From positions 66,103 through 130,102 of the forward strand of contig CBDDBH010000022.1 of the NCBI GenBank assembly GCA_965225625.1: a DNA stretch of 64,000 nt. Reading direction: 5' to 3'. Positions 38,809-48,277 of the stretch are shown in pieces (the stretch's first letter is position 1; every line of letters begins with the position of its first letter). The DNA is from Gammaproteobacteria bacterium (lineage in GTDB: Bacteria > Pseudomonadota > Gammaproteobacteria > JADZEE01). Under the pieces are notes generated by a model. That model had not been told where the DNA came from and did not search any database. It was given only the letters and a program-made list of their open reading frames with translations. The translations under genes were made by a program, and so were the position numbers.

Positions 38809-39864
38809 GCTCGAAGCGTTAGTAAATCGGGGCCGGTGTGCGGCGCCGCTTCGAAAGCGAGCAAGCCGATGAGGTTGAAGGTGGTGGCAAGATAGAGGGC
38901 AGCCTCCGGCCGGGGGTCGGCTAGTTCTCGCTAGCACACGTATGCCATCGCCTGGGCCACCTTTCAGTTTTTCATGCCGATCATGCTCCAGCGAGCAGCC
39001 CTTTTTTTGTTCGATGACATCGGCGATGAATGCACGAAACGTACGTAGCCGCGCTGCGTCTCTAAGGTCCGGATGCGACAACATCCAGATGTCAAAGTTG
39101 TAGTACGGCTTGCACTTCGGGATCCGTGTCACGCCTTCGACGCTATCGCCTAGAAAGCACGGGAGTGCCGCGAGCCCCATTCCACAGCGGGTGGCTTCCG
39201 CCTGTAGTAGGACATTGTTCAACCTAACGTAGACAGGAAATTGGGGAAACGGGGATTCCCTAACCCACTCCGGAAATCGCTCATCATCGTCCCAGCCGAT
39301 CCATCTGGCGTCGCAATCGGCACTCCAAAGATCGTTCTTTGCCAGATAACTGTCGCTTGCGTAATAGCAACTGCCCATCGTCGCGAGCTTCCGGCCAATC
39401 AGATCCTCTGGTGGATTGGATCCTACGCGCATGAAGCGAAGCGCTACATCCGCCTCGCGCCGGCTCAGGTTGAACGGGTCATCGGAGATGAGGACGTTTA
39501 AGTCGATGTCCCGGTAGCTTGCGCTAAATTCCACCAAGTGTGGCATCAGCAAATGTGTGGCGATGACGTCTGACATAGTCAATCGAATTTCGCCGGACAG
39601 TTGTGCATCACGACCCTGCAGCTGTCGTCGCGCAGTCAACAGCGCATCTTCAGCTCGTAAAGTGGACACGAGCATGGTCTCGCCAGCGGTGGTCAAACGA
39701 TAACCACGCACGTCGCGATCAAACAACTTCACACCGAGATCTGATTCCAGCAGGTCAACTCGCCGAGTTACGGTCGAGTGACTCATTCCTTCTTTGGCAG
39801 CGGTCGCGCGGGCAGACCCGCTGCGGGCCAGGGCCAAAAATAGTCGGATGTCTTCCCAATTCAT
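38758..39864 (-). CDS. LysR family transcriptional regulator (C-terminus probably artefactually extended)
   Basis: N-terminal HTH MNWEDIRLFLALARSGSARATAAKEGMSHSTVTRRV with a LysR substrate-binding domain. The last ~70 aa look non-coding and overlap the PhyH gene; an A7 homopolymer sits at the junction. Confidence 0.75.
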   Translation of the reverse strand: MNWEDIRLFLALARSGSARATAAKEGMSHSTVTRRVDLLESDLGVKLFDRDVRGYRLTTAGETMLVSTLRAEDALLTARRQLQGRDAQLSGEIRLTMSDVIATHLLMPHLVEFSASYRDIDLNVLISDDPFNLSRREADVALRFMRVGSNPPEDLIGRKLATMGSCYYASDSYLAKNDLWSADCDARWIGWDDDERFPEWVRESPFPQFPVYVRLNNVLLQAEATRCGMGLAALPCFLGDSVEGVTRIPKCKPYYNFDIWMLSHPDLRDAARLRTFRAFIADVIEQKKGCSLEHDRHEKLKGGPGDGIRVLARTSRPPAGGCPLSCHHLQPHRLARFRSGAAHRPRFTNASSLQHNRIALRVQRASRL

Positions 39865-39962
39865 GGTCTATTCATGCAACACACCGGTCATATTATAGCT
39901 ATATCGGTTCGTAGCTGGTCCACCTAGACTGACCGCCAGTCAATTAGGAGGAGGTGAGCGAT

Positions 39963-40136
39963 ATGACAACAAACATAGGCCGTGCACCTGGGTTCCTGAA
40001 TCATCCCAATCTCACAGTGCGTATTTCGCCCAGTGCTCGGCGGTGGATCGGCGGCGTCGGGGAAGCCGTCTTTGCGACAAGCGAGAGAGCACTCGTCCTC
40101 GTTGAACTCGTAGAAGAGTCATCAAGCATCGAATAA
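39963..40136 (+). CDS. small hypothetical protein (57 aa) with strong SD AGGAGGAGGTGA
   Basis: ORF MTTNIGRAPGFLNHPNLTVRISP... has an excellent RBS and lies divergent from the LysR gene. No recognisable family. Confidence 0.3.
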   Translation: MTTNIGRAPGFLNHPNLTVRISPSARRWIGGVGEAVFATSERALVLVELVEESSSIE

Positions 40137-40211
40137 TCGGTGTGTTGTCCACTAACAGCCGACCGTACGACGAAACGATTAAGCCTGAATTTAAATTGAT
40201 TGGAGAAAATC

Positions 40212-41192
40212 ATGCACAACGTAACAGTGAAACGCGCCACTATAAAAAGCCTATATCTAATATTTTTAGGTCTTATATCTACGCTGCACGTTGGCTCTGC
40301 CTATGCTACCGAACAAACGATCGACGATCCGGTCATTGGCCCGAAAGGCTACTACGTGGACAGCTATGGTGGTGGCGCTTACTGGATCACTGACGGTCTC
40401 TACAACTCGATGTTTGTCGTCACCAATGATGGGGTTGTCGTCGTCGATGCGCCGCCGTCCTACGCCGATCAACTGCCTGCCGCCATTCGTGAAGTCACTG
40501 ACAAGCCGGTGAAGTACTTTGTTTACAGTCACCATCACAACGATCACACGGGTGGTTCTGCGGTGTTTGGCGACGATGTGATCCGGGTGGGACACGAGCT
40601 TACGGCCCAGGAGCTGCGTCGAAAAGGCGATCCCAATCGACCGGTGCCGACGGTTACCTTCAGTGATTCCTACACCCTGAAACTCGGTAATCAGCAGGTC
40701 GAGCTTCGCTACCCAGGCTTACAACATTCGCCAGGAAACATATTCATATATCTGCCGACGCAAAAAGTGCTGATGCTGGTGGATGTGCTCTATCCGGGTT
40801 CGGTGCCATTCAAGGACTTCGCCGTCGCCGCAAGCGTTTCTGGATACTTTCATGCTTTCGATCAAGCGAGAGAATATGATTTTGAATATTTTCAAGGCGG
40901 TCACGTAGGCAGGCCGGGAACGCGTCGGGATTTCGAGGATGCGTACGGGTATATCGTCGATGTTCAGGCAAACGCCGTTAAGGCGATGCAAATCACAAAT
41001 CCCGCGCTTTCCTTTACCAGCGAGGATAATCCGATCAAAGAGCCTTACTTCCTTATCAACACCTATCTGGAAGCGGCTAGTGAGGTGTGCGCCCAGATGA
41101 CATTGGAAAAATGGAGACAACAATTGAATGCTGGGGATTTGTATACCAAGGGGCATTGTTGGACCACGGTCCTCGACCTGATTATAGACTGA
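40212..41192 (+). CDS. MBL-fold metallo-hydrolase, secreted
   Basis: Signal peptide, then HxHxDH motif SHHHNDHTGG. Confidence 0.75.
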   Translation: MHNVTVKRATIKSLYLIFLGLISTLHVGSAYATEQTIDDPVIGPKGYYVDSYGGGAYWITDGLYNSMFVVTNDGVVVVDAPPSYADQLPAAIREVTDKPVKYFVYSHHHNDHTGGSAVFGDDVIRVGHELTAQELRRKGDPNRPVPTVTFSDSYTLKLGNQQVELRYPGLQHSPGNIFIYLPTQKVLMLVDVLYPGSVPFKDFAVAASVSGYFHAFDQAREYDFEYFQGGHVGRPGTRRDFEDAYGYIVDVQANAVKAMQITNPALSFTSEDNPIKEPYFLINTYLEAASEVCAQMTLEKWRQQLNAGDLYTKGHCWTTVLDLIID

Positions 41193-41315
41193 TGGACGTT
41201 GCGAAATATTCTACTGTGCAGGAGCTATTGCACACACAATCGCTGCGCTTCGACAAACCCAGACCACAGCGTTAGGCGATTTCTCGACGACAATTATCAA
41301 AAGGAATAAAGGTAG

Positions 41316-41726
41316 ATGGACTTTAAGGAATTTAACAAATCGATTATCAATGAATTTCGCGCAAATGGTGGTGTCGTTGGCGGTTATTTCGCCGATGTAA
41401 CACTACTATTGCTAACCACTATCGGAGCCAAGACTGGGTTAACCCGGGTAAACCCATTGGCATGCCAAATCGATGGAGAGCGCTGTATCATCATTGCGTC
41501 TTACGGCGGTGCGTCTACGAACCCACCTTGGTACCACAACCTTCTCTCAAATCCCGAGGTCAGCATAGAGTTAGGTAGTGAGCAATTCACAGCTAGGGCG
41601 GACGTGTTAGACGAACCCGAACGCACCGATTTCTACGCAAAGATGATTGAGATAAAGCCCGTATTCTCTGAATATCGGAGTAAGACCACGCGCGTGATTC
41701 CGGTTGTTGCGCTAACGCGCTTGTAA
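41316..41726 (+). CDS. nitroreductase-family deazaflavin-dependent oxidoreductase-like protein (DUF385, split-barrel PNPOx fold)
   Basis: Characteristic IIASYGGASTNPPWYHNLLSNPEVSIELG segment; 136 aa. Confidence 0.7.
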   Translation: MDFKEFNKSIINEFRANGGVVGGYFADVTLLLLTTIGAKTGLTRVNPLACQIDGERCIIIASYGGASTNPPWYHNLLSNPEVSIELGSEQFTARADVLDEPERTDFYAKMIEIKPVFSEYRSKTTRVIPVVALTRL

Positions 41727-41758
41727 GCTCGCCCAAGATTTAGAGAACGCAGGTCATC

Positions 41759-42376
41759 ATGAAAATATATCAAGCCGTCACTTCGCCCTTTGCCGTACGT
41801 GTACGCATCGCCCTCTATGCCAAGGGAGTGACACCGGAGTTCGCCGCCCCGCCAGATGGCATGGGCTCAGAGGCGTACCGCAAGATCACGCCATTGGGTA
41901 AGGTTCCGACCCTGGTTTGCGACGACGGCGCCGTGATCGCGGAGTCAGCCGTTATCAACGAGTATCTGGATGAGCAATTTCCCGATCCGGCGTTGCTGCC
42001 TGCCGCCCCGCATGGGCGGGCCCGTGTACGCATGGTGGTGCAGATGACCGACGCTTATGTGTTTGCCCGCTATCTGCCCTTATTCACGACCGCCAGAGCC
42101 GAAGGCAAGGAGTCGCCCGCTGTCGCCGGCGGTATCGATGGGGTGAAAGAGGGCCTAGGGGCGGTGGAGCGGGTCGTCGATGACGGGACCTATGCGGTGG
42201 GCGACAGTTTATCGCTGGCTGACTGCGCGCTGGCCCCGGCCCTCTACTACGTTATGGAATACGCAGAGGAATATTTTGGCGCTGGCGATGCGTTGGGGCA
42301 CTGCCCGAAGCTCAAAAGCTACTGGACGCGCATCCAAGCCAACCCGCACGTTGCTCGGGCACTCGCAGATAGATAA
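41759..42376 (+). CDS. glutathione S-transferase
   Basis: PLGKVPTLVCDDGAVIAESAVINEYL N-domain with a C-terminal GST helical domain. Confidence 0.75.
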   Translation: MKIYQAVTSPFAVRVRIALYAKGVTPEFAAPPDGMGSEAYRKITPLGKVPTLVCDDGAVIAESAVINEYLDEQFPDPALLPAAPHGRARVRMVVQMTDAYVFARYLPLFTTARAEGKESPAVAGGIDGVKEGLGAVERVVDDGTYAVGDSLSLADCALAPALYYVMEYAEEYFGAGDALGHCPKLKSYWTRIQANPHVARALADR

Positions 42377-42557
42377 GCACGCGGGACGTACAAATATTCT
42401 ACCGCGCAGAAGCTATACATAATTTGGGGCCGACCGCATTTGGAAGCCGCGCGAAAGGTGTTCGCGTACGCGGACAGGCTTGAGAAGGGCTGTCTAATAG
42501 TCAACGAAGATTCGATCGTCAACTTGTTCAATGCTTGCCGACTCTCGGCGGGCAGTG

Positions 42558-42989
42558 TTACCTCTGCTGGTGTTCTTCCATTAATTTATCCAGATATTTG
42601 TAATTGAGTTGATAGAGTGGTGTTTTTTTGTCTTCTTCATAAAAAGTTACGCCACCATAGCTGTGAAATAATATGGTTACCTCGGTCATGAACTTCGTCG
42701 CATGATGGTACGCGGCAGGCGGCTCAAAAAAGTAATCTCCAGGTCCAGCTTCTCCATCAGGAAATTTACTGATCCCTTCAACAACCCAAACAATCGAAGG
42801 TGCGTGATGTAGGTGATATGGCAAAACAGTTCCTGCTTTTGCTCTTTGCAGGATTGACCAGTGTCCCGATTCCGGGTTTGTATAAAGTACTTTGCAATCG
42901 ACGCCCTCTTGAATCTGTACCCAGGGGAGTTCAGCAGATTTAATCTGAATGGGATGACCGTCGTGAATCAGTTTTTCGATTTCGCGCAT
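42558..42989 (-). CDS. cupin-domain protein (ChrR/2,4'-dihydroxyacetophenone dioxygenase-like)
   Basis: Cupin His-rich motifs (YHLHHAPS ... AYHHAT); ~43% GC. Confidence 0.6.
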   Translation of the reverse strand: MREIEKLIHDGHPIQIKSAELPWVQIQEGVDCKVLYTNPESGHWSILQRAKAGTVLPYHLHHAPSIVWVVEGISKFPDGEAGPGDYFFEPPAAYHHATKFMTEVTILFHSYGGVTFYEEDKKTPLYQLNYKYLDKLMEEHQQR

Positions 42990-43164
42990 TGTATGTCTCC
43001 TAACAAAGTTTTTCGTTAATGCGGCAGTCGAGGGGTAATCAGCTCTATTTCAAAGACTTGATATTACACCTTTTGCCTATTTTGCCTTATCGCGAGTGTC
43101 CGCATCCCTGATGCTGACCCTCGCTTATCCAACTATGAAGATGGCTCTTCCCTGGTCATCCGGA

Positions 43165-43479
43165 TTAGTAAAAGAATCGGTTGCAATCATCCTGTCCAGA
43201 TCCAACACAAAGGAAACATGCCAGAGTCCGGCGAAAAACGTCGTAGTGGTTTCCGCCGTTGACTCCGGCTCGGACCCACGTAAGCAGATATATGTTTTCC
43301 GCGATTTCGAACGCCACGTAGGGGTTTGTAAACACGGTAACCACAGGTTTAAAACTCACGTTCCCGGAGTCCGCAGCGTTACGATCGTGTGTTGAATCGT
43401 TTGTCGGCGTGGAGCGTGAATGCTGTGGGTTTCTGAACTTCACGATTTCGCTGGATTGCGTGACACGTCCTTCATTCAA
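43165..43479 (-). CDS. hypothetical protein, possibly translationally coupled to the upstream SDR gene
   Basis: Start overlaps the SDR stop (ATGA); no family recognised; partly low complexity. Confidence 0.25.
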   Translation of the reverse strand: MNEGRVTQSSEIVKFRNPQHSRSTPTNDSTHDRNAADSGNVSFKPVVTVFTNPYVAFEIAENIYLLTWVRAGVNGGNHYDVFRRTLACFLCVGSGQDDCNRFFY

Positions 43480-44292
43480 CTACTCGCGATCAATCTTGAC
43501 CGGATTAGTACTGTTCCACCACGGCATATCAGAATAGGCGCGAATATCAATTTCGTGCGTCCAGGTCGAACGATGTTGCTGCGCGAGATGAAAATAAGTA
43601 TCGGCAACCCGCTCCGGCAAAATCAAGCCGTCGTTCTGCCCCTGACTCTCGCGAAGCGCCTGAAACCGCTCGGATCCGAGCAGCTTGCCCAGTGTGTCGG
43701 GCGCATCTACGGCACCGTCGATAACAATGTGCACGATGTGCACGCCCTTTGACGACAGCTCTGCATTCAGCGACTGACACAGCATTCGTCGACCTCCCAT
43801 GGCAGCGGCATGTGAGTGTTGGCCGGCATTACCCCGCACCGCCGCCGTCGATGAGGTAACAAGTATCGTTCCTTTGCTACGCTCAACCATGTGCGGCGCG
43901 ACCGCATGAGCCAGACGATACAGACCAAAGGTACCGAGCCGCCAACCGACTTCGAACGTTTTGTGCGGCGTATCAGCAAGCGTGCGATTACCGATTTGCG
44001 CGCCGAGGTTATAGACCGCAACCTCAATAGGCCCAATGTCAGACTCGATCGATGCAACGAGCTCCTCGATAGTGTCGTCCTCGACCGCATTCACCAACGT
44101 TCCCGAAGCGGACCCATCTGCAGCTTCAATCTCCGCGACCAGTTTATCCAGACCTGCTTGATCACTGCGGCGGCACAAACAGGCGTGATAGCCGGCGCTT
44201 GCAAATCGTTTGGCAAACGTGCCGCCGATACCGGCGCCGGCGCCTATGACTAGGCATACCGGTTTCAAGTTCTCAGCTCCAAAGGAAAGCAA
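43480..44292 (-). CDS. SDR family oxidoreductase
   Basis: Dinucleotide-binding motif VIGAGAGIGGTFA in an SDR-like sequence. Confidence 0.75.
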   Translation of the reverse strand: MLSFGAENLKPVCLVIGAGAGIGGTFAKRFASAGYHACLCRRSDQAGLDKLVAEIEAADGSASGTLVNAVEDDTIEELVASIESDIGPIEVAVYNLGAQIGNRTLADTPHKTFEVGWRLGTFGLYRLAHAVAPHMVERSKGTILVTSSTAAVRGNAGQHSHAAAMGGRRMLCQSLNAELSSKGVHIVHIVIDGAVDAPDTLGKLLGSERFQALRESQGQNDGLILPERVADTYFHLAQQHRSTWTHEIDIRAYSDMPWWNSTNPVKIDRE

Positions 44293-44332
44293 CCATCAGC
44301 AAGTATTGACCGTAGTTTGTCCTCCATTTCCT

Positions 44333-46465
44333 CTACCCCAAATCCCTGGATATATTGTCCTTCCATTCCTTCGAAAAAACGAGAGCGTCTTTTTCGTACA
44401 CAATTAAGTCGGTCTTGATACAGAAAGTTTTCTTATCTGATGTTAATTCAAAATTAGAAATCGTTTTGATATCCCAGTCATCTCTTTTCAATACGATCGA
44501 GTAGTAACCACTCCAGGATGCGCTATTCGGGTCCGTTTTCTCTATCGTCGAGATCCAGTCGTATTGCACCCGCGTTTCGGTGCCGGTTTGATTAATTAGT
44601 GCGCCGCCCGAGTCACTGAAAGTCCGCACCTGAATTTGTCCTGTTTCATCGGGCCCAGTTATCTCCTGTCTATAGTTACTGGGAGACTTACGTGTGACTG
44701 ATAGTTGATCTGTCGGAACTGGCTGTGTAAACACCAGATCTTCCAGATCGTTTGTCCCAATGGGTCTTTCGGGTAGCACCAACTGGCTCGCACCAGTGTG
44801 TATTGTTAATTCGACAGGCTCTGGTGATGGCCACATGATTGGCCAGTAACTTTCTGATATCGAAATCCTGATTTTGTGTCCCTTCTTAAACCGATACGCG
44901 ACGATATTTAGCGGCAATTCAATTTTGTAGATCTGACCGGGTACTAGCGCTTCCGGCTCTGCATGTCCGTCTCTATGTGTCAAATTGAGATAACCGGATG
45001 TCACATACCAGGAGGTACCGTCGGGCTGTAGTTCATTCAATCGTATCGCGATTTTTGCAACCGGTTTATTCACAGACAATGAGAGTTTGACTGTTGGGTG
45101 GCCACAAATTTCAATATCCTTTTCAAGCTCCGCAGAGTCGAAAGTCAGAGACTTACTGTCATCCTCTGATTGATCTCGTGGGAGCTCTGTTTCCATTGCA
45201 AAGGGAAGCCATGCAGTATTGGACAGCCCAACAGTTTGATCCGGCGCTAGCGTAACGGGTTTTTCGCTAGCTGACGTTTTAGCTAAACCCGCAGGATTCA
45301 AAAAATAGTTATTATCCTTGATACGATCAGAGGGCCAGCTTCGCTCTCCTACCCAACGACCTGGGACGTCCTGCGGATAAACCTGCCCAGGTGCTTTTTC
45401 CTGCATGTACACCTGTAGCATCGGTTCTTCCATCATGCCGGTGTCTATACCTTTTAACCAATGGTCCCACCAGCGGACTTCTTCATAGTAGAAACCAATC
45501 GCAGGACCAGGGTTTGCGCTGTCTGGAAAATCATGTCCCTGGGGTCCGATCAATCCTTTTTTAGGTGAATCAAGATGCGCTAACAGGCGTGAAATTGAAT
45601 TCGTATAAGCGTCAATAAAACCACCAACTGCAAAAACGGGGCATCGGATCTGACTGTAGTCTTCACAGACAGATCCATGTTGCCAATAGCCATCCCTTCG
45701 TTGATGTCGCATCCACTTATGTGTTACAGGCCCAACTGCTTCGAGGCGTTTCAGCCATTCAATGTTCCAGTCGGGGCCGAACAATTGCGGGTCAGGCGGG
45801 AGGGACAAGACATTCATGAATAATTGCCCCCATTCGAAATTGGGTCGACTTAATGAACCACCCACATAGTGGGCATCATCCGCGTAACGATCATCGGTGC
45901 TGCCGTGAGTGATAATCGCCTTTAGTTCGGGTGGATTGAGAGCTGCAATCTGAAGTGAATTAAAACCGCCCCAGGAAATACCGCGCATACCGACAGAACC
46001 ACTACACCATGGCTGAGCAGCCAGCCATTTTATAATTTCAATGCCGTCGAGCTGTTCCTGTTTTTCATACTCATCATTGATTATGCCGTCAGATTCTCCG
46101 GTACCACGGATATCTACCCTTACACCTGCATAACCACATGCCGCAGCGTAAACATGCGCAGGTTCATGGCTGTTGCGAGCCAGGTCACGCTTACGATAAG
46201 GCAGATATTCCAGGATGGCGGGTACCGGCGATGCTTGTGCATTTGTTGGTAACCAGATTCTTGCTGCCAGTCGTCTGCCATCCGGCAGTGGTATCCAGAG
46301 GTGTTCGATATTGCGTATGGCCAACTTTTTCTTGAGCGACACCGCACGCGCGGTATCAATCGCTCTAGGGATTTTGCCGCAAACACTCAACGCGCTGACA
46401 GAAGCCAGCGCCAACGCAGACTTCAAAACAGCCCGTCTTGAACGAAGATGTTTGTTTGTGGACAT
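44333..46465 (-). CDS. CocE/NonD-family (S15 X-Pro dipeptidyl-peptidase-like) alpha/beta hydrolase, Tat-exported
   Basis: Twin-arginine signal RSRRAVLKSALALASVSA, nucleophile elbow GISWGG, and a C-terminal beta-sandwich domain; ~45% GC. Confidence 0.8.
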   Translation of the reverse strand: MSTNKHLRSRRAVLKSALALASVSALSVCGKIPRAIDTARAVSLKKKLAIRNIEHLWIPLPDGRRLAARIWLPTNAQASPVPAILEYLPYRKRDLARNSHEPAHVYAAACGYAGVRVDIRGTGESDGIINDEYEKQEQLDGIEIIKWLAAQPWCSGSVGMRGISWGGFNSLQIAALNPPELKAIITHGSTDDRYADDAHYVGGSLSRPNFEWGQLFMNVLSLPPDPQLFGPDWNIEWLKRLEAVGPVTHKWMRHQRRDGYWQHGSVCEDYSQIRCPVFAVGGFIDAYTNSISRLLAHLDSPKKGLIGPQGHDFPDSANPGPAIGFYYEEVRWWDHWLKGIDTGMMEEPMLQVYMQEKAPGQVYPQDVPGRWVGERSWPSDRIKDNNYFLNPAGLAKTSASEKPVTLAPDQTVGLSNTAWLPFAMETELPRDQSEDDSKSLTFDSAELEKDIEICGHPTVKLSLSVNKPVAKIAIRLNELQPDGTSWYVTSGYLNLTHRDGHAEPEALVPGQIYKIELPLNIVAYRFKKGHKIRISISESYWPIMWPSPEPVELTIHTGASQLVLPERPIGTNDLEDLVFTQPVPTDQLSVTRKSPSNYRQEITGPDETGQIQVRTFSDSGGALINQTGTETRVQYDWISTIEKTDPNSASWSGYYSIVLKRDDWDIKTISNFELTSDKKTFCIKTDLIVYEKDALVFSKEWKDNISRDLG

Positions 46466-46483
46466 CGCAAGAAGAATTCTTTT

Positions 46484-48277
46484 TTAAAGGCGCGATGAAT
46501 TTCTCTGGTCGCGCTCGGCGCGCGTTCGCGCCGTTTGTACCTCATCCACGATCAGAGTGCTCGGATCCAGCACCACACCATATAGCCGCTCAGCGGCATC
46601 CAGCGAGACCTTTTCCTCGATTACGTCGCGTCTTACCGCTGCCGAGTCGCGCTCCAGGGGATTACCGACACCACAACCACCCTGGGTTATCACCTGCAGG
46701 TGATCGCCGTTTTGCCATGGATAACTGATCAATTCGTTGGCGTTGATCACTTTGCCTGCCGCCGTTGTAATGGACCGTCTGGCGGGTTCCGGTTGGGAAC
46801 CGCCGGCGATGACGGGGACGGGTCTGGCGGCAGGCGAAAAACCCTGACCGCCGCTGTGCAACCAGCCGTCACCGCCCAAATTGGTGATCTCGGTGCGCAT
46901 TGCTGTGCCGCCGCGCCAGCGTCCCGCGGCGCCGGTGTCCGGTTCGATTTCCCAGCAATCCCAGCGGTTCGGCGTAAAGTCTTCGTAGGCTTCAACGTCC
47001 GGATAACGAATGGAGCCGCTACATACCTCCGGCGCACCGGTCGACCAGCCATCGGTTCCCCATATGGCGCCGGTGCCGCTCGCCGCGTTAAAGAAATCGA
47101 TCGCCGAATACTCCATGTTTTTGCGGGGATCGAAGCCGGTAAGCACCTCGAAAGGTATCGAGCCCCAACCGGACGGCGTTTGCTCTGGCACGACCTTCGC
47201 GAGCGCGTCCCAAACACAATTGATAATCTGCTTGGCGGCGAAATTGGTCGCCGAACTCACCGGCGCCGGCAGTACCGGCTCGGTGACGGTGCCGGGTTTG
47301 GTGACAATGGTTACGGCTCGCTCGAGGCCTTGTGAGATGTGCTCGATGTTGCGTGCGAATGTGGTCAACAGCGCAATCCATGTGGCCCCCGCGGTGTTGG
47401 TGAGTGGACTGTTGATGTAACTCGGCACTTGCGGATCCGACTCGCTGAAATCGATAGTAATGTCGCTGCCTTTGATGGTCACGTCGCTGCGCACGGTAAA
47501 CGTTGGACAGCGGGGACCGCCTTCGCCGACAGACTCACCGTGATACGTGCCGTCCGGAATTTTTTCAATCTCCAGGCGAATAAGCCGTTCGGTATAGTCG
47601 AACAAATCGTCGAAATAATCCTTGATGGTCGGGACGCTAAAACGATCGACGATCTGCTGGATCTCCCGCACAGCGATCCGGTTAGTGCCGAACATCGCAG
47701 CGAGATCACCTTTCTGCACTTCGGGATAACGCATGTTGGCAAGGATCATGTTGAACACGTCCTTACAGATCTCGTCGTTGCTGATCACCCGTAGCGGCGG
47801 ATAGCGCACCCCCTCCGTGTAGATATCCGTTGCCGCGGCGTTGTAGCCGCCAGCCATCGACCCACCCACATCCATCTGGTGGGCGCGGTTGCCGGCCCAA
47901 AACAGCAGTTCACCGTCACGGAATACAGGCACCAGAATATTAAAGTCAGGAAGGTGTCCGCTGGCGCCGCCGGAGTAGGGATCGTTGGTCAAGAACTGGT
48001 CGCCGGGGTGAATGTCGTCCCCGAAAAAATCGATGATCGCGCGCACCGAATACGGGATCCCGTAAACATGTATCGGGATGCCTTCGTAGATGGCAACGGT
48101 ATTGCCCGCACCGTCGAACAACCCCACGGAGTAATCACGTGCTGCGAAATACGTCGGTGAGCGCGCAGTACGTTCCATGGTTGCCGTCATGCGTTCGGTC
48201 ACTGAGCGGAGCAGACAATTAATGATCTCGAAATCGAGCGGGTCTGTTCGCGTGCTGAAAATCGATTTACTGCTCAT
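46484..48277 (-). CDS. hydantoinase B/oxoprolinase-family protein (HyuB-like)
   Basis: Characteristic N-terminus DPLDFEIINCLLRSVTERMTATMERTARSPTYFAARDYSVGLFD; 597 aa. Confidence 0.85.
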   Translation of the reverse strand: MSSKSIFSTRTDPLDFEIINCLLRSVTERMTATMERTARSPTYFAARDYSVGLFDGAGNTVAIYEGIPIHVYGIPYSVRAIIDFFGDDIHPGDQFLTNDPYSGGASGHLPDFNILVPVFRDGELLFWAGNRAHQMDVGGSMAGGYNAAATDIYTEGVRYPPLRVISNDEICKDVFNMILANMRYPEVQKGDLAAMFGTNRIAVREIQQIVDRFSVPTIKDYFDDLFDYTERLIRLEIEKIPDGTYHGESVGEGGPRCPTFTVRSDVTIKGSDITIDFSESDPQVPSYINSPLTNTAGATWIALLTTFARNIEHISQGLERAVTIVTKPGTVTEPVLPAPVSSATNFAAKQIINCVWDALAKVVPEQTPSGWGSIPFEVLTGFDPRKNMEYSAIDFFNAASGTGAIWGTDGWSTGAPEVCSGSIRYPDVEAYEDFTPNRWDCWEIEPDTGAAGRWRGGTAMRTEITNLGGDGWLHSGGQGFSPAARPVPVIAGGSQPEPARRSITTAAGKVINANELISYPWQNGDHLQVITQGGCGVGNPLERDSAAVRRDVIEEKVSLDAAERLYGVVLDPSTLIVDEVQTARTRAERDQRNSSRL

